A DNA stretch of 64,000 bases from Chlamydiales bacterium (GTDB taxonomy: Bacteria > Chlamydiota > Chlamydiia > Chlamydiales > JAAZZY01): positions 143,730-207,729 of the forward strand of contig CBDBKM010000005.1 in the NCBI GenBank assembly GCA_965206695.1, read 5' to 3'. The position numbers were made by a program, and so were the translations under genes. How positions within the stretch are numbered: position 1 is the stretch's first letter; each line of letters begins with the position of its first letter. The notes below the pieces were generated by a model. That model saw only the letters and a program-made list of their open reading frames with translations. It did not search any database and was not told the origin of the DNA. Shown here piece after piece: positions 32,616-43,235 of the stretch.

Positions 32616-33550
32616 TAGTCATTTAATTTTACATTGATAAGATTGCTTGATCAATGGCGAATTTAAAATTCGTAACTTTTCGTAATATCTCTCTAACTTT
32701 ATTTTTCATATTAGCCCAATATTTTTCTATAGGATTTAAGTCCGGAGAATATGGAGGAAGAAACATAAGCTTACAACCGGCAGATTCTACTATTTTCCTG
32801 CTTTCCGCTGACTTGTGAAAACCGGCATTGTCAAGAATAAGAACACTACCGGGTGTAAGCTGAGGAGTCAAAACTTCCTTAAGCCAAATATTGAATAACC
32901 CGGTATTACAAGTACCTTCAAAACACATTGGAGACAAAAACTGCCCTTTAGATAGGGCTGAAATAATATTTTGCCTTATAAAGCGGTTTCCTGAAACCGC
33001 TCCAAAAACTTTTTTGCCGCGTAAGCTTCTTCCGGACTCACGAAATAAAAATTGATGAATCCCGGTTTCATCGAGATAAATTCTCTTGTCAAAGGGAATA
33101 TTTTTTAAATCTTTCATAAAAGCTTCCCGTTTCTTTTCATCTCTTTCCTTATAGCGAGTAGTTTTTTTTTTCGTGTAATTTTTAATCTTTTAAGGGCATA
33201 AAAAATCGTTTGCGGAGTGACTGAAAAATAATGAGCAATTTCCGATAAAAAATAATCCGGATGTTTTTCTACATATTTAGATAACAACTCATCATCTAAT
33301 TTCTTATAAGCATATTTTCTGCGGATTGGCTTTAAATGTCCTTTTTGCTTTTTTTGCAAGATCCATCGATATATTGTTGCGATACCTACTTGAAAAATAT
33401 GGCCGGCTGTTTTTTTATCATGATGTTTTTCTATATGTTGTCATACTTTCTCTCGAAGATCTACTGAATAGGCTCTAGGCATTGTTTTGTCCTTACTGTT
33501 TGTATAAAAAAAGAAGGATAACATATTATCAAATAAAAATTAAAATACTA
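32616..33550 (-). mobile_element. IS630 type A, full length, early TGA allele
   Basis: Same ends; GTA TGA CAA instead of GTA TTA CAA. Confidence 0.95.
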
Positions 33551-33551
33551 T

Positions 33552-34490
33552 AAAGGAGAAGAAGGGCATCTTTATATTCTACCTCCGCTGTATGAGGTAG
33601 TATTTGATGAATTAAAGCTCTTATTCAATATCCTATTAGAAGAGGGATATACAGACTTATGCGAACAGTTTGTTAAAATCACTACAGTTAGAGATTATGA
33701 CTCATCTATAAAAAAGTGGGTAAATAAATCTTGTGTCAGTGAATTTACATTTGCTGAATTTTTAGAAGATGTCTCTACTAGAAGAAAAGCACTTCTTTGG
33801 GATGAGGTACATAATCCCGCTATAATATGGTGGTACTTTGAAAGTTCCGTATTTTATTGGAATACGCCTCAATCTTATTTTAATAAAAAAAATAAGAAAT
33901 TAATAACTAAAAAGGCTTGTGAGCAGTATTCTAAAGATCTTGGTAGTATTTCTGCTTGGAGAGAGATAGCATCTATTAAAGATCCATCATTATATTTAAA
34001 TAAACCAATTATTTTTACTGAGAAATTATTTAGACAGGGACTGTTGACCTTGATAACTGCTATTAGAGAATATTTCTCTAATCCAATTACAAAGCAGGTT
34101 ATTGATGATACAGAAATGACTTTTGAGTTATGTTTGGATAATGATGATGATTCTAATTGGGGTAAAACTACTTTATCTCTATCTGTAATAGGAGATGAAG
34201 GATTAACTCAATATGATTTAAAAAAATTCAATAATGAATCTAAGCCACATCAGTTCGTAAGGAAATTATTTAGAGAGTATCCTGATGGAGGGGATATAGA
34301 GCTTGATCTTAGTGAATCTGAATCCATGTCTAAGTTTATTGAGCGTATTGGATTAATAGGAAAGTTAAAGACAGTATTTTTTGGAAGGTCCAGTGTGAAT
34401 ACAGTGAATTTTAAGGGATTGAAAATAAAGTTATTAAAATCAGAAATTAAACATCTAAATCTGATTTTAGAACAATTAAAGGCGTCCTGA
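33552..34490 (+). pseudogene. Hypothetical gene, 5' end removed by IS630
   Basis: Frame is open from the IS boundary (KGEEGHLYILPP...) into the 34044-34490 ORF. Confidence 0.6.
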
Positions 34491-34679
34491 TTGAATATAT
34501 AGTGAGGTAATTGAGATCATGTTGAGTAACTTCCTTTAAGTCATTGATGATTTGCACAGGCTTTTTAACTAATCAAAGATTTAGCTGGGCTTTTTTCAAT
34601 ACATCTCTTAAAAATATACACTTGTAGTCATATATTTCTGTTCTCATTTCAACAATTAAAAGGACTAGGAGCTACTAAA

Positions 34680-35215
34680 GTGGAAGGTATTTTTAAAGTG
34701 GAACGTATTCTTTATGATAATGGATTTCTTAATGCTCTTATAGGTGATCAGAAAAATAAGGATAAAAACAATGAGAGTGATTGGAATAGTTTCATTGATG
34801 CATTAGAATCACGTAACATTAAAATAGAAGATCAGCCGGTTCATGTTATGATGACCCCTGAACAAGCCTTGGAATGTATTGGCTTGGGAGGGGTTCTGAA
34901 AGAGCTATCTACGCAAGCTCAGCCAAAAATCAAAAATTTAGAGAATCAAGTCAAACAAGGAATGGAAAACTTCCTAATACAGGAAAATGAAAAAGAACTT
35001 TTTTCGGTTATAAAGGATTTGCTTCCTAAGTTTAGTGACTTACTGCAAGGATTTGCCAAGTATGGACCCATCGGCTCTATCTGCTAAATACAAAGAAAAG
35101 CTGTCCTATATAGATAAACATAAATACGGGCGCGCTATTATAACAGCGAGTCCAGTATTACAACTTCTTGAGGAGGGGAAGAATCAAGAAGCATCTACAT
35201 TCTTTTGTACTACTA
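34680..35215 (+). pseudogene. Hypothetical gene, frameshifted and truncated by IS630 type B
   Basis: Overlapping ORFs 34680-35087 and 35035-35253; RBS AGGAG; ILYDNGFL weakly PIN-like. Confidence 0.45.
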
Positions 35216-35620
35216 TACCCCTTATGAATCAAAGTGCCGATTCTAAGACTTGAAAATGATCATTGATTCGTTTCCTCATTGATTGAGCAATAGAGGGCCA
35301 AGTATTTTCAAAAAATCCGGTAATCGATCTCCGAAATTCTTTAGCAGAATTAAAAAACCGATTATTGCGACAATATTCATTCATCACTTTCCATAATCGT
35401 TCAATGGGATTGAGGTTAGGACTGTAAGAAGGTAAATAATAGAGAATAATACCTTGTTTTTCTGCTTCTTGTTTGGTCTGAATACTTGTATTATAAGGGC
35501 CTTGATCTAAAATAAGATGGATATTTGGAGCTGAGGGGTATTTTGACCGTAGCAAAGCAAAATGCTTTGCCATGGTACCGCTATTTAATGTTTCATAAGC
35601 ATCTATTGTTACCTTCATAC

Positions 35621-37389
35621 CCGACATTCCTAGACCTCTAAACAAGTTTTTCTAATTAAGCCATACATCCTCATTGCAGTCTTTCCAAACAAAACAATAA
35701 TCTTTTTCCGAAGACGGGTTAAATTTGTGATCATTTCTTTACAAATTCTCCGGGAAGTCTTCTGAAAAAAACGGATTATTCCCGATACCTTCCATAATTT
35801 GGAAAATCCATCTTAATGTTGGATTTTTGACTTCCTTTCCTAATTGGTTGGGTAATGTCTCTTCTGTTTCTATCAATTTTTGTCGAAGTTGATATTGTCC
35901 GATATTATAAACCATTAAACACAATGTCATAACCATCATTAATGCTTCAATGCGTCGAGGGGTTTTTAAAAAAATAGAATCAACCATAAACCAAGGATCT
36001 TTTAAAAAGCGAAACCCTCCTTCAACCTTTTGCTGTTCTTTATATTCTTCTAACATCATCTCATCTTTATAATTTTCTCTATCGGTGTCATTCGCAGCTA
36101 AAATAAACCGTCCTTTTCTATTCATCAGTTTATTAATTTCTTCTTCTTCCCTTTCAAAGCTAGCATGAATCTTGTATCCAACAACTTGTTTTTCCTCTCC
36201 TTGTTTAGGTTTGCCTAATTTACCATATTTTAGAATCGGCAATATCTCACTATTCATGGAATATAAATGATTTTTTTTAGTCAATCTGCCCCAAGCTTTT
36301 TTAGCATCACTTTCGCATTTAAATTCCTCATTACCCAAATGCCAAAGTTGTTTCTTGAGCTTTTCTTCTGCCTTGGTCAATTTTTTTTCTAATGATTTTA
36401 TCTCTCTCTGATAGGCTTGCTCTGAAAAAACCAAAAGCCATCTTTGTTTAATCCCTCCATAAAAAGAGGTGAAGCTGCATGTTTTATATCCTTTCTCCTG
36501 ATCAATCCAATCAATTTCTTCTTCCGGTTTTTCTACTAATCTTTTTGCTTCTCCTATTATCTCGGGAACTCGGGTGAGCCATTTATAATCATTATTTTTT
36601 AAGAGCTTTTCTTTTGTGTATAACGCTGAATCGGCAACCCACTTAAACTTTGTTTTTACATCAATCTGTTGTTGAAATTCACTGATTTTTTTGATCGTCT
36701 CATGAAAACTTGCTTTATCAGAACTATTGCCGTCTAAGGCTTCCATCCATAGAGGCATAGAACTCGGACCATTGGTAACGAGAGAAAGTACAACTTGTTT
36801 CAAATCAGGTCTATGATCTTTAGAATAACCCTGCTTAATCTCAATCACTTGCGGATCATCTTTCACTTCATACGACCCATGAACGGAAAAGCTTGTTGTA
36901 TCTAGATGATGCGTTTTTTGTAGTAAATCATGGTCTAGGGCTATTCCAAAAGAAACTTCAGCAAATAATTTACTGCTCCCATATTTCGCAATATCATCCA
37001 AAGCATGACCTAAAGTATAATCTGTGAGATCTTCTGCTCGAAGATTGTTGCCAAGTAAATTCTCTATCGATTTAGAAGCAAAAAATTGATGTGTTAGGTA
37101 GAGACGTCTATTAGTAAACCCTAATCCATTCAGAATCATTGCAATTACTGCCTGTCCCGCACTTACTTTTCTTTGTGGATGATTTTTTAATCCGGTATCA
37201 ATCCTTTCCGCTACCTTTAGATCGCTGCAAAGTGCTGCAATTAATCCATGGTGATCCATGTTCACTGTTTGAATATTATCTCCTGCAACTTCCGGCATAA
37301 CTTTTCTCCTTGTATCAAATAAAAAGTAACAGGATAGGCAATCTATAATTCTAATTCAAAAAAAATATCTTACGGTCTAGGAATGTCGG
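35621..37389 (-). mobile_element. IS1634 copy 2 (transposase 35739-37298, C-terminal frameshift)
   Basis: Same TIRs; TTCATAC direct repeat on both sides. Confidence 0.93.
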
Positions 37390-37574
37390 TTCATACTGTT
37401 TAAATTGATAGACCCCATAAGATTCATTCGAGTACGAGAAGCTGTTGTTGCAATCAATTTATCTGTTCCCGGTCGAATCCAACCATAAGAAATTTTAGTT
37501 GCCATAGTTGGATGTACACCATCAGCAAATTCAACAGGCTCATTTTTAGGCAGAGATGCCATAAGCTTGGTGTA

Positions 37575-38510
37575 TAGTATTTTAATTTTTATTTGATAAT
37601 ATGTTATCCTTCTTTTTTTATACAAACAGTAAGGACAAAACAATGCCTAGAGCCTATTCAGTAGATCTTCGAGAGAAAGTATGACAACATATAGAAAAAC
37701 ATCATGATAAAAAAACAGCCGGCCATATTTTTCAAGTAGGTATCGCAACAATATATCGATGGATCTTGCAAAAAAAGCAAAAAGGACATTTAAAGCCAAT
37801 CCGCAGAAAATATGCTTATAAGAAATTAGATGATGAGTTGTTATCTAAATATGTAGAAAAACATCCGGATTATTTTTTATCGGAAATTGCTGATTATTTT
37901 TCAGTCACTCCGCAAACGATTTTTTATGCCCTTAAAAGGTTAAAAATTACACGAAAAAAAAAAACTACTCGCTATAAGGAAAGAGATGAAAAGAAACGGG
38001 AAGCTTTTATGAAAGATTTAAAAAATATTCCCTTTGACAAGAGAATTTATCTCGATGAAACCGGGATTCATCAATTTTTATTTCGTGAGTCCGGAAGAAC
38101 CTTACGCGGCAAAAAAGTTTTTGGAGCGGTTTCAGGAAACCGCTTTATAAGGCAAAATATTATTTCAGCCCTATCTAAAGGGCAGTTTTTATCTCCAATG
38201 TGTTTTGAAGGTACTTGTAATACCGGGTTATTCAATATTTGGCTTAAGGAAGTTTTGACTCCTCAGCTTACACCCGGTAGTGTTCTTATTCTTGACAATG
38301 CCGGTTTTCACAAGTCAGCGGAAAGCAGGAAAACAGTAGAATCTGCCGGTTGTAAGCTTATGTTTCTTCCTCCATATTCTCCGGACTTAAATCCTATAGA
38401 AAAATATTGGGCTAATATGAAAAATAAAGTTAGAGAGATATTACGAAAAGTTACGAATTTTACATTCGCCATTGATCAAGCAATCTTATCAATATAAAAT
38501 TAAATAACTA
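37575..38510 (+). mobile_element. IS630 type A, A11 in-frame variant with early TGA
   Basis: Same ends, TA duplication; fused ORF 37766-38497. Confidence 0.95.
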
Positions 38511-39023
38511 TAAAATTGCATCCAAGCTTTTTGTTGATCAGAATTTGCCTTAGCCGGTGTACCTTTAGGCTTTTTATAGGAAAAACCATGTGAGTGTAGC
38601 CAAGAAGTCATCCCTGAAATCGTATAAACAATGCCATATTTCGCGAGAACATAAGAACAGATATCTTCTACTTTGACATAGGTATGAGTTGTTAAATGTT
38701 TAATGAATTCTTCTGACTGTGGCGCAAGAAGTTTACTGACTGAACCACCGCTTTCTACATGCAATTGCTGTTTATTTTGATATTCTTTAATGTGATGAGA
38801 CACTGTTTCATCGTCTAAAAGCACAGCTTCAGCAATACGAGTATTACTCCAACCTTTATTCGACAATAGAACAGCCTTGATACGATCTCGTATACGACCA
38901 TTCTTTTCTCGTTTATGTTGCTGTCTGAGATGCTTTTCTTCTGATAGTGTTAAAAATGAATTCATACAAAATAATTTACACTATACGAATACAAAATATC
39001 CGGAGGTTTATTCGTGATGAGTA

Positions 39024-39560
39024 TAGTAGCGATAAAACGACATTTACGAAAATTATTTCAGAACACACTACGAGTCTTAGAAATGCTGTGGAGAACCGTT
39101 ATTTAGTAGGTGACAGCGCTTTATTTAATCCGTATAGTATCAAAGCCTTAAGTAGCGCCGGCAGTTTTTTTGTGACAAGGCTTCCTTCTCAGATCAAATT
39201 AGCTCAAGAGTATATTAACAAGACCTTTCAATCTAAGATGATGAATTTAGGAAATGGGTATAAGGCCTCTGAGTATTCGACTTCATATGCCGATGTTGAT
39301 CAAAAGCGGGTGGTTATTTTTAGCCAATCTGCTTATGACAGAGAATACAAGAATTTGGCTAAGCGGTATAAGTAAGGGGTCGGAAAAAGAAATCTAATCC
39401 TTCTTAAAGTTTTCTAAAGAGGTTTTCGTTTTTAAAAAACCCTGATTTTTTGGTTTCATCTTTTTTTCTGAAAAAACCCGAGCGCATAGAATCTCTTCTT
39501 ATGGTTATGACTCTACGTTGGTTAGTATATGCAGCTATCGAATATAAGGTTCGCGAAAAA
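39024..39560 (+). pseudogene. Remnant of a second IS1634-family transposase
   Basis: SSDKTTF...YLVGDSALF...FVTRLP...VVIFSQSAY; end approximate. Confidence 0.7.
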
Positions 39561-39839
39561 TTATATTATTCTGAATTATAGTGATGAATCTCGGTTTAAT
39601 ATTATGAATTTCATTAATTAATATAATTAACAACACAAATAGATTTACCATTTAAATTATAGTATTATAACAGTAAGCACTTGACCAATTTAGTTGAATA
39701 TAAGATAACCGGTTATGCGGAATATAAAAATATTTTAACTTCTAAAGTATTTGCAGCGATTGACACCTTAAACCCGGATGGTTTTTAAAAAAAATAATTT
39801 AATTTTTAACTTAATCTATATGAAATAAGGGAAAAAACC

Positions 39840-40517
39840 TTACCAACAACCGAATAGAGCACTCCCTATTCTTAAAATTGTAGCACCTTCTTCAATCGCT
39901 ATCTTATAGTCAAAAGTCATACCCATAGAAAGCTCATCCAACTGACAATGATACATTTGGTTCAACTCATCTCGTAACTCCCTTAATTTCCGAAAGCAAG
40001 AGCGAATACAGTCGGTATCCTCGGTATAAGGTGCCATGGTCATCAGCCCTTTTATACGCAAGTGAGTTAAATTTAAAAGATTTTTGATTTCATCCTTCAA
40101 ATCTTTTGGTGAAAAACCTTGCTTAGAAGTTTCTCCCGATGTGTTGACTTGTAATAATATGGATGTCTCCTTATTCATTTCCTTACCAACTTGAGAAATT
40201 CTTTCTGCTAACTTAAGGCTATCCACAGAATGAATAAGAAAAATATGAGGCACTAGCTTCCGGACTTTATTCTTTTGTAAAGGGCCAATAAAATGCCAAA
40301 AGACCCCTTTAGGCATTCTTGGCATTTTCTCTAAGAACTCCTGAACACGATTTTCTCCAAAATGTTTCAAATCTAAATCAAAAGCCTGTTGCATCACTTC
40401 CATAGCAACCGATTTGGTTACCACTACTAATGAGATCTCTTCAGGATCTCTTTTAGTAGTGGCAGCTATTTGATCAATATCCTCTAATAATTTTATAAGA
40501 TTTTTTTTTAAACCCAT
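39840..40517 (-). CDS. yggS: PLP homeostasis protein, YggS family
   Basis: VVVTK, FGENRVQE, WHFIGPLQKNK, GLMTM, LSMGM. Confidence 0.93.
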   Translation of the reverse strand: MGLKKNLIKLLEDIDQIAATTKRDPEEISLVVVTKSVAMEVMQQAFDLDLKHFGENRVQEFLEKMPRMPKGVFWHFIGPLQKNKVRKLVPHIFLIHSVDSLKLAERISQVGKEMNKETSILLQVNTSGETSKQGFSPKDLKDEIKNLLNLTHLRIKGLMTMAPYTEDTDCIRSCFRKLRELRDELNQMYHCQLDELSMGMTFDYKIAIEEGATILRIGSALFGCW

Positions 40518-40519
40518 CG

Positions 40520-41818
40520 TTAAAGCATTTCTTTTGTTATAAAATCCATTATGGCATCACGATATATATCTAAACTTTGCTGTGTGTGCGCTTGCATAAT
40601 AAAAGAAGCCTCAAAAGGTGAAGGAGGGATATATATTCCCTTATCAAATAACGTATAAAAAAAATGATTGAATAGTGTTTGGTCGATACCGTTAGCTTCT
40701 TCTATATTGCCAACACTTCTTTTTCCAAAAAATATCGTAAACATAGAACCTACTCGTTGAATACACATATTCAAATTATTTTGTTGTATTAACTCTTCGA
40801 CCGGATCTAAAAGAGACTTAGCTTTGCCTTCCATTGTTTCATAAAATCCGGGTTTCTGCAACATTTGTAATACCTGATACCCTGCTTCCATAGCAATAGG
40901 ATTTCCTGATAAGGTCCCCGCTTGATAAACATCACCCAATGGAGCCAGATGATTCATAATCTCTTCTCGCCCTCCAAAAGCAGCTGCCGAAAAACCTCCT
41001 CCTATGATTTTTCCAAAACAAGTTAAATCAGGTGTCACCTGATATAGCTCTTGAGCTCCTTTCAGGCCCACACGAAATCCTGTGATAACTTCATCAAAAA
41101 TAAGCAAAGCCCCTGCTTTTTTAGTCTCTTCTCTTAAAGTGGTTAAAAATGAAAGTGTGGCAGGAACAACGCCCATATTTCCGGCAATGGGCTCTAATAT
41201 AACAGCAGCAATTCGATCCTTATATTCTGAAGAAGACAAAAGCTCTTTTACCTTGTCAGCATCATTATATGGCAAATTGATCATTTGCTCGATAGCACCT
41301 TTTGGAATCCCTTTTGAAGAGCTTTCACTACACTGAGTAAGTCCTGAACCGGCTTTAACTAAAAAGAAATCCGCATTCCCATGGTAGTTACCGATAAATT
41401 TTACTATGAGATCTTTTTCCGTATAGCCTCTTGCCAATCGACAAGCATACATAGTAGCTTCCGTTCCCGATGAACAAAAACGGATCTTTTCAATCGATGG
41501 GATAAGTTTAACAACCTCCCCGGCTAACCGACTCTCAACTTTACTGGTTATACCAAAAGTCGTCCCTCTTGAAAGGCTTTTTGTAATAGCGTGGACAACG
41601 ATTTTATTGGCATGACCCAGAATAAGAGCGCCCCAAGAGGCACAAAAATCGATATAGTCTCTTTTATCCACATCATGGATAATATCTTCACCGGCAGAAT
41701 CTATGACTAAAGGTGTACGATTTAAACCGGGAAAAGCTCTTACAGGTGAATTAACACCTCCGGGCAATACTTCACACAGTTCTTTGAAAATCTGTTGACT
41801 AATAGGACGATTAACCAT
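40520..41818 (-). CDS. hemL: Glutamate-1-semialdehyde 2,1-aminomutase
   Basis: PGGVNSPVRAF, SGTEATM, IFDEVITGFR, FGKIIGGG, YQAGTLSGNP. Confidence 0.95.
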   Translation of the reverse strand: MVNRPISQQIFKELCEVLPGGVNSPVRAFPGLNRTPLVIDSAGEDIIHDVDKRDYIDFCASWGALILGHANKIVVHAITKSLSRGTTFGITSKVESRLAGEVVKLIPSIEKIRFCSSGTEATMYACRLARGYTEKDLIVKFIGNYHGNADFFLVKAGSGLTQCSESSSKGIPKGAIEQMINLPYNDADKVKELLSSSEYKDRIAAVILEPIAGNMGVVPATLSFLTTLREETKKAGALLIFDEVITGFRVGLKGAQELYQVTPDLTCFGKIIGGGFSAAAFGGREEIMNHLAPLGDVYQAGTLSGNPIAMEAGYQVLQMLQKPGFYETMEGKAKSLLDPVEELIQQNNLNMCIQRVGSMFTIFFGKRSVGNIEEANGIDQTLFNHFFYTLFDKGIYIPPSPFEASFIMQAHTQQSLDIYRDAIMDFITKEML

Positions 41819-41897
41819 CTTACCGTAACCCTTTTTTCTTTAACGAAGGGTGAAAATAGTCAAACTACATTAATCTTACCAGATTATTTTAATTTTT

Positions 41898-43058
41898 CTA
41901 TCTTAAACCCGAATCCCAATTTCCGCAATGCGCCTTGAAGAAAGTCTCGAAACTTGTATCCGCTGAAGAAGAATCGTCCTGTACTGTAACTCTAGAAGGG
42001 TCAATCTTTTGTATCGGTTCGGCCGAACGTTTGAGGGAATGTGTAGGGGTTAATTCCCTTCTTCTACTGACAGGTCCTACCCTATCTTCTAAATCATCCT
42101 CTATAGGTGCAGGTGGAAAGGCTCGCCATCGATCAAATTTAGCATAAAATGCATCAGTAAAACCCAGCGTCTTAATGAATGCTCTTAAATCTACGGCCAA
42201 TAACTTATGGTGTTTTAAAAAAGAATTCCACCTATGTGACATCTCTATAGGAATGGGAGAAGCACCCGGCGCATTAAAATTCTTTTTAATTTCAAACTTT
42301 TTAATCAACGCAAACATTTTGCCTTTTACTTCCAGCGCTTTTCGAACTTGAGAACTTTCCGATCCATTAAGAGCGCGTAAACCGGCAGTGTTAAAATCAT
42401 CCAATTCTTTAATCTCGCCTGCATCTGATGCTTCATTTAATGATGCTTTAAAAGCGTCCAGATCTCGACATATTACTTTAGAAGCTTCATATAAAGATTT
42501 ATTATCAACGCGACTAAAATCTTTAAAGTTACGCTTTGATTCTGCTTTATAATCCAAACTCATGGCTGATATCTTATGAGTTAAGCTACTGTGTCCTACC
42601 TTTGTATCTATCACTTTTAATGTAGAAGGCTTTTTCTCTTCTAAATTTATATGAAGTTTTACTAAATCTATTATATCCGACGCTAAGGATTCCATTTGCC
42701 GGCTATCTAATAAACCGTTAACAAAGACCCTTTTCTTCTGTTCATCATCCCATACAGATAGCTCAGTAATCTGATAGACATTTTCTTCACAAACTAATTT
42801 GCTTAAACCATCCCCGTCAGGCTTAAAAAACTTTTGTGTAATGGTAACGGTATGCTTTTCAGAGTCTAATTTATAGACAGCCGGATCATCTAATGACCTT
42901 ATTTTGGATTGAAGTCGCTCAATTCCAACAGTCAATTTGCCGGCTCGCTCTTCATCATGACCCGAAGTATCGCCTAACGAAGAGGGATTCGACCCACTCG
43001 AAGAAAATGTGACATCAGAAAAATCACCGGAAAAAGATTGAGACCCGGATAAACCCAT
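41898..43058 (-). CDS. Hypothetical protein (candidate effector), paralogous to 43236-44951
   Basis: Ser-rich N-terminus; motif blocks shared with the neighbour. Confidence 0.7.
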   Translation of the reverse strand: MGLSGSQSFSGDFSDVTFSSSGSNPSSLGDTSGHDEERAGKLTVGIERLQSKIRSLDDPAVYKLDSEKHTVTITQKFFKPDGDGLSKLVCEENVYQITELSVWDDEQKKRVFVNGLLDSRQMESLASDIIDLVKLHINLEEKKPSTLKVIDTKVGHSSLTHKISAMSLDYKAESKRNFKDFSRVDNKSLYEASKVICRDLDAFKASLNEASDAGEIKELDDFNTAGLRALNGSESSQVRKALEVKGKMFALIKKFEIKKNFNAPGASPIPIEMSHRWNSFLKHHKLLAVDLRAFIKTLGFTDAFYAKFDRWRAFPPAPIEDDLEDRVGPVSRRRELTPTHSLKRSAEPIQKIDPSRVTVQDDSSSADTSFETFFKAHCGNWDSGLR

Positions 43059-43235
43059 AATAAATTATTTTAAATTGCTTTTTTTAAATATTATTAACTA
43101 ATTTAGATATATGTTTATTATAATATTAAACAGACTAATAGTAAATAAATAAATTAAAATCCTACTTAATTTATTATAAGAATCAATTTATAATAGAAAT
43201 CTCTTTAAACTTAAAATTACTATTCTACTTCCCTG

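Larger units (their letters stand above)
35216..39023 (-). mobile_element. IS630 type B copy 2, interrupted by IS1634 and IS630 type A
   Basis: Three pieces reassemble to the 27101-28194 element. Confidence 0.92.

Noticed and set aside
28721..33700. Outer flanks of the IS630-bracketed cassette as two halves of one interrupted gene
   Set aside because: Joining at the shared TA does not keep the left frame (YLKAIDEKDYEAIQILL) in register with the right open frame.
34680..35215. PIN-domain toxin or defence gene
   Set aside because: Only a weak N-terminal motif; frameshifted and truncated; no partner gene.
38947..39375. 142-aa ORF as a real gene
   Set aside because: Chimera of the IS630-B end read antisense and an IS1634 remnant.
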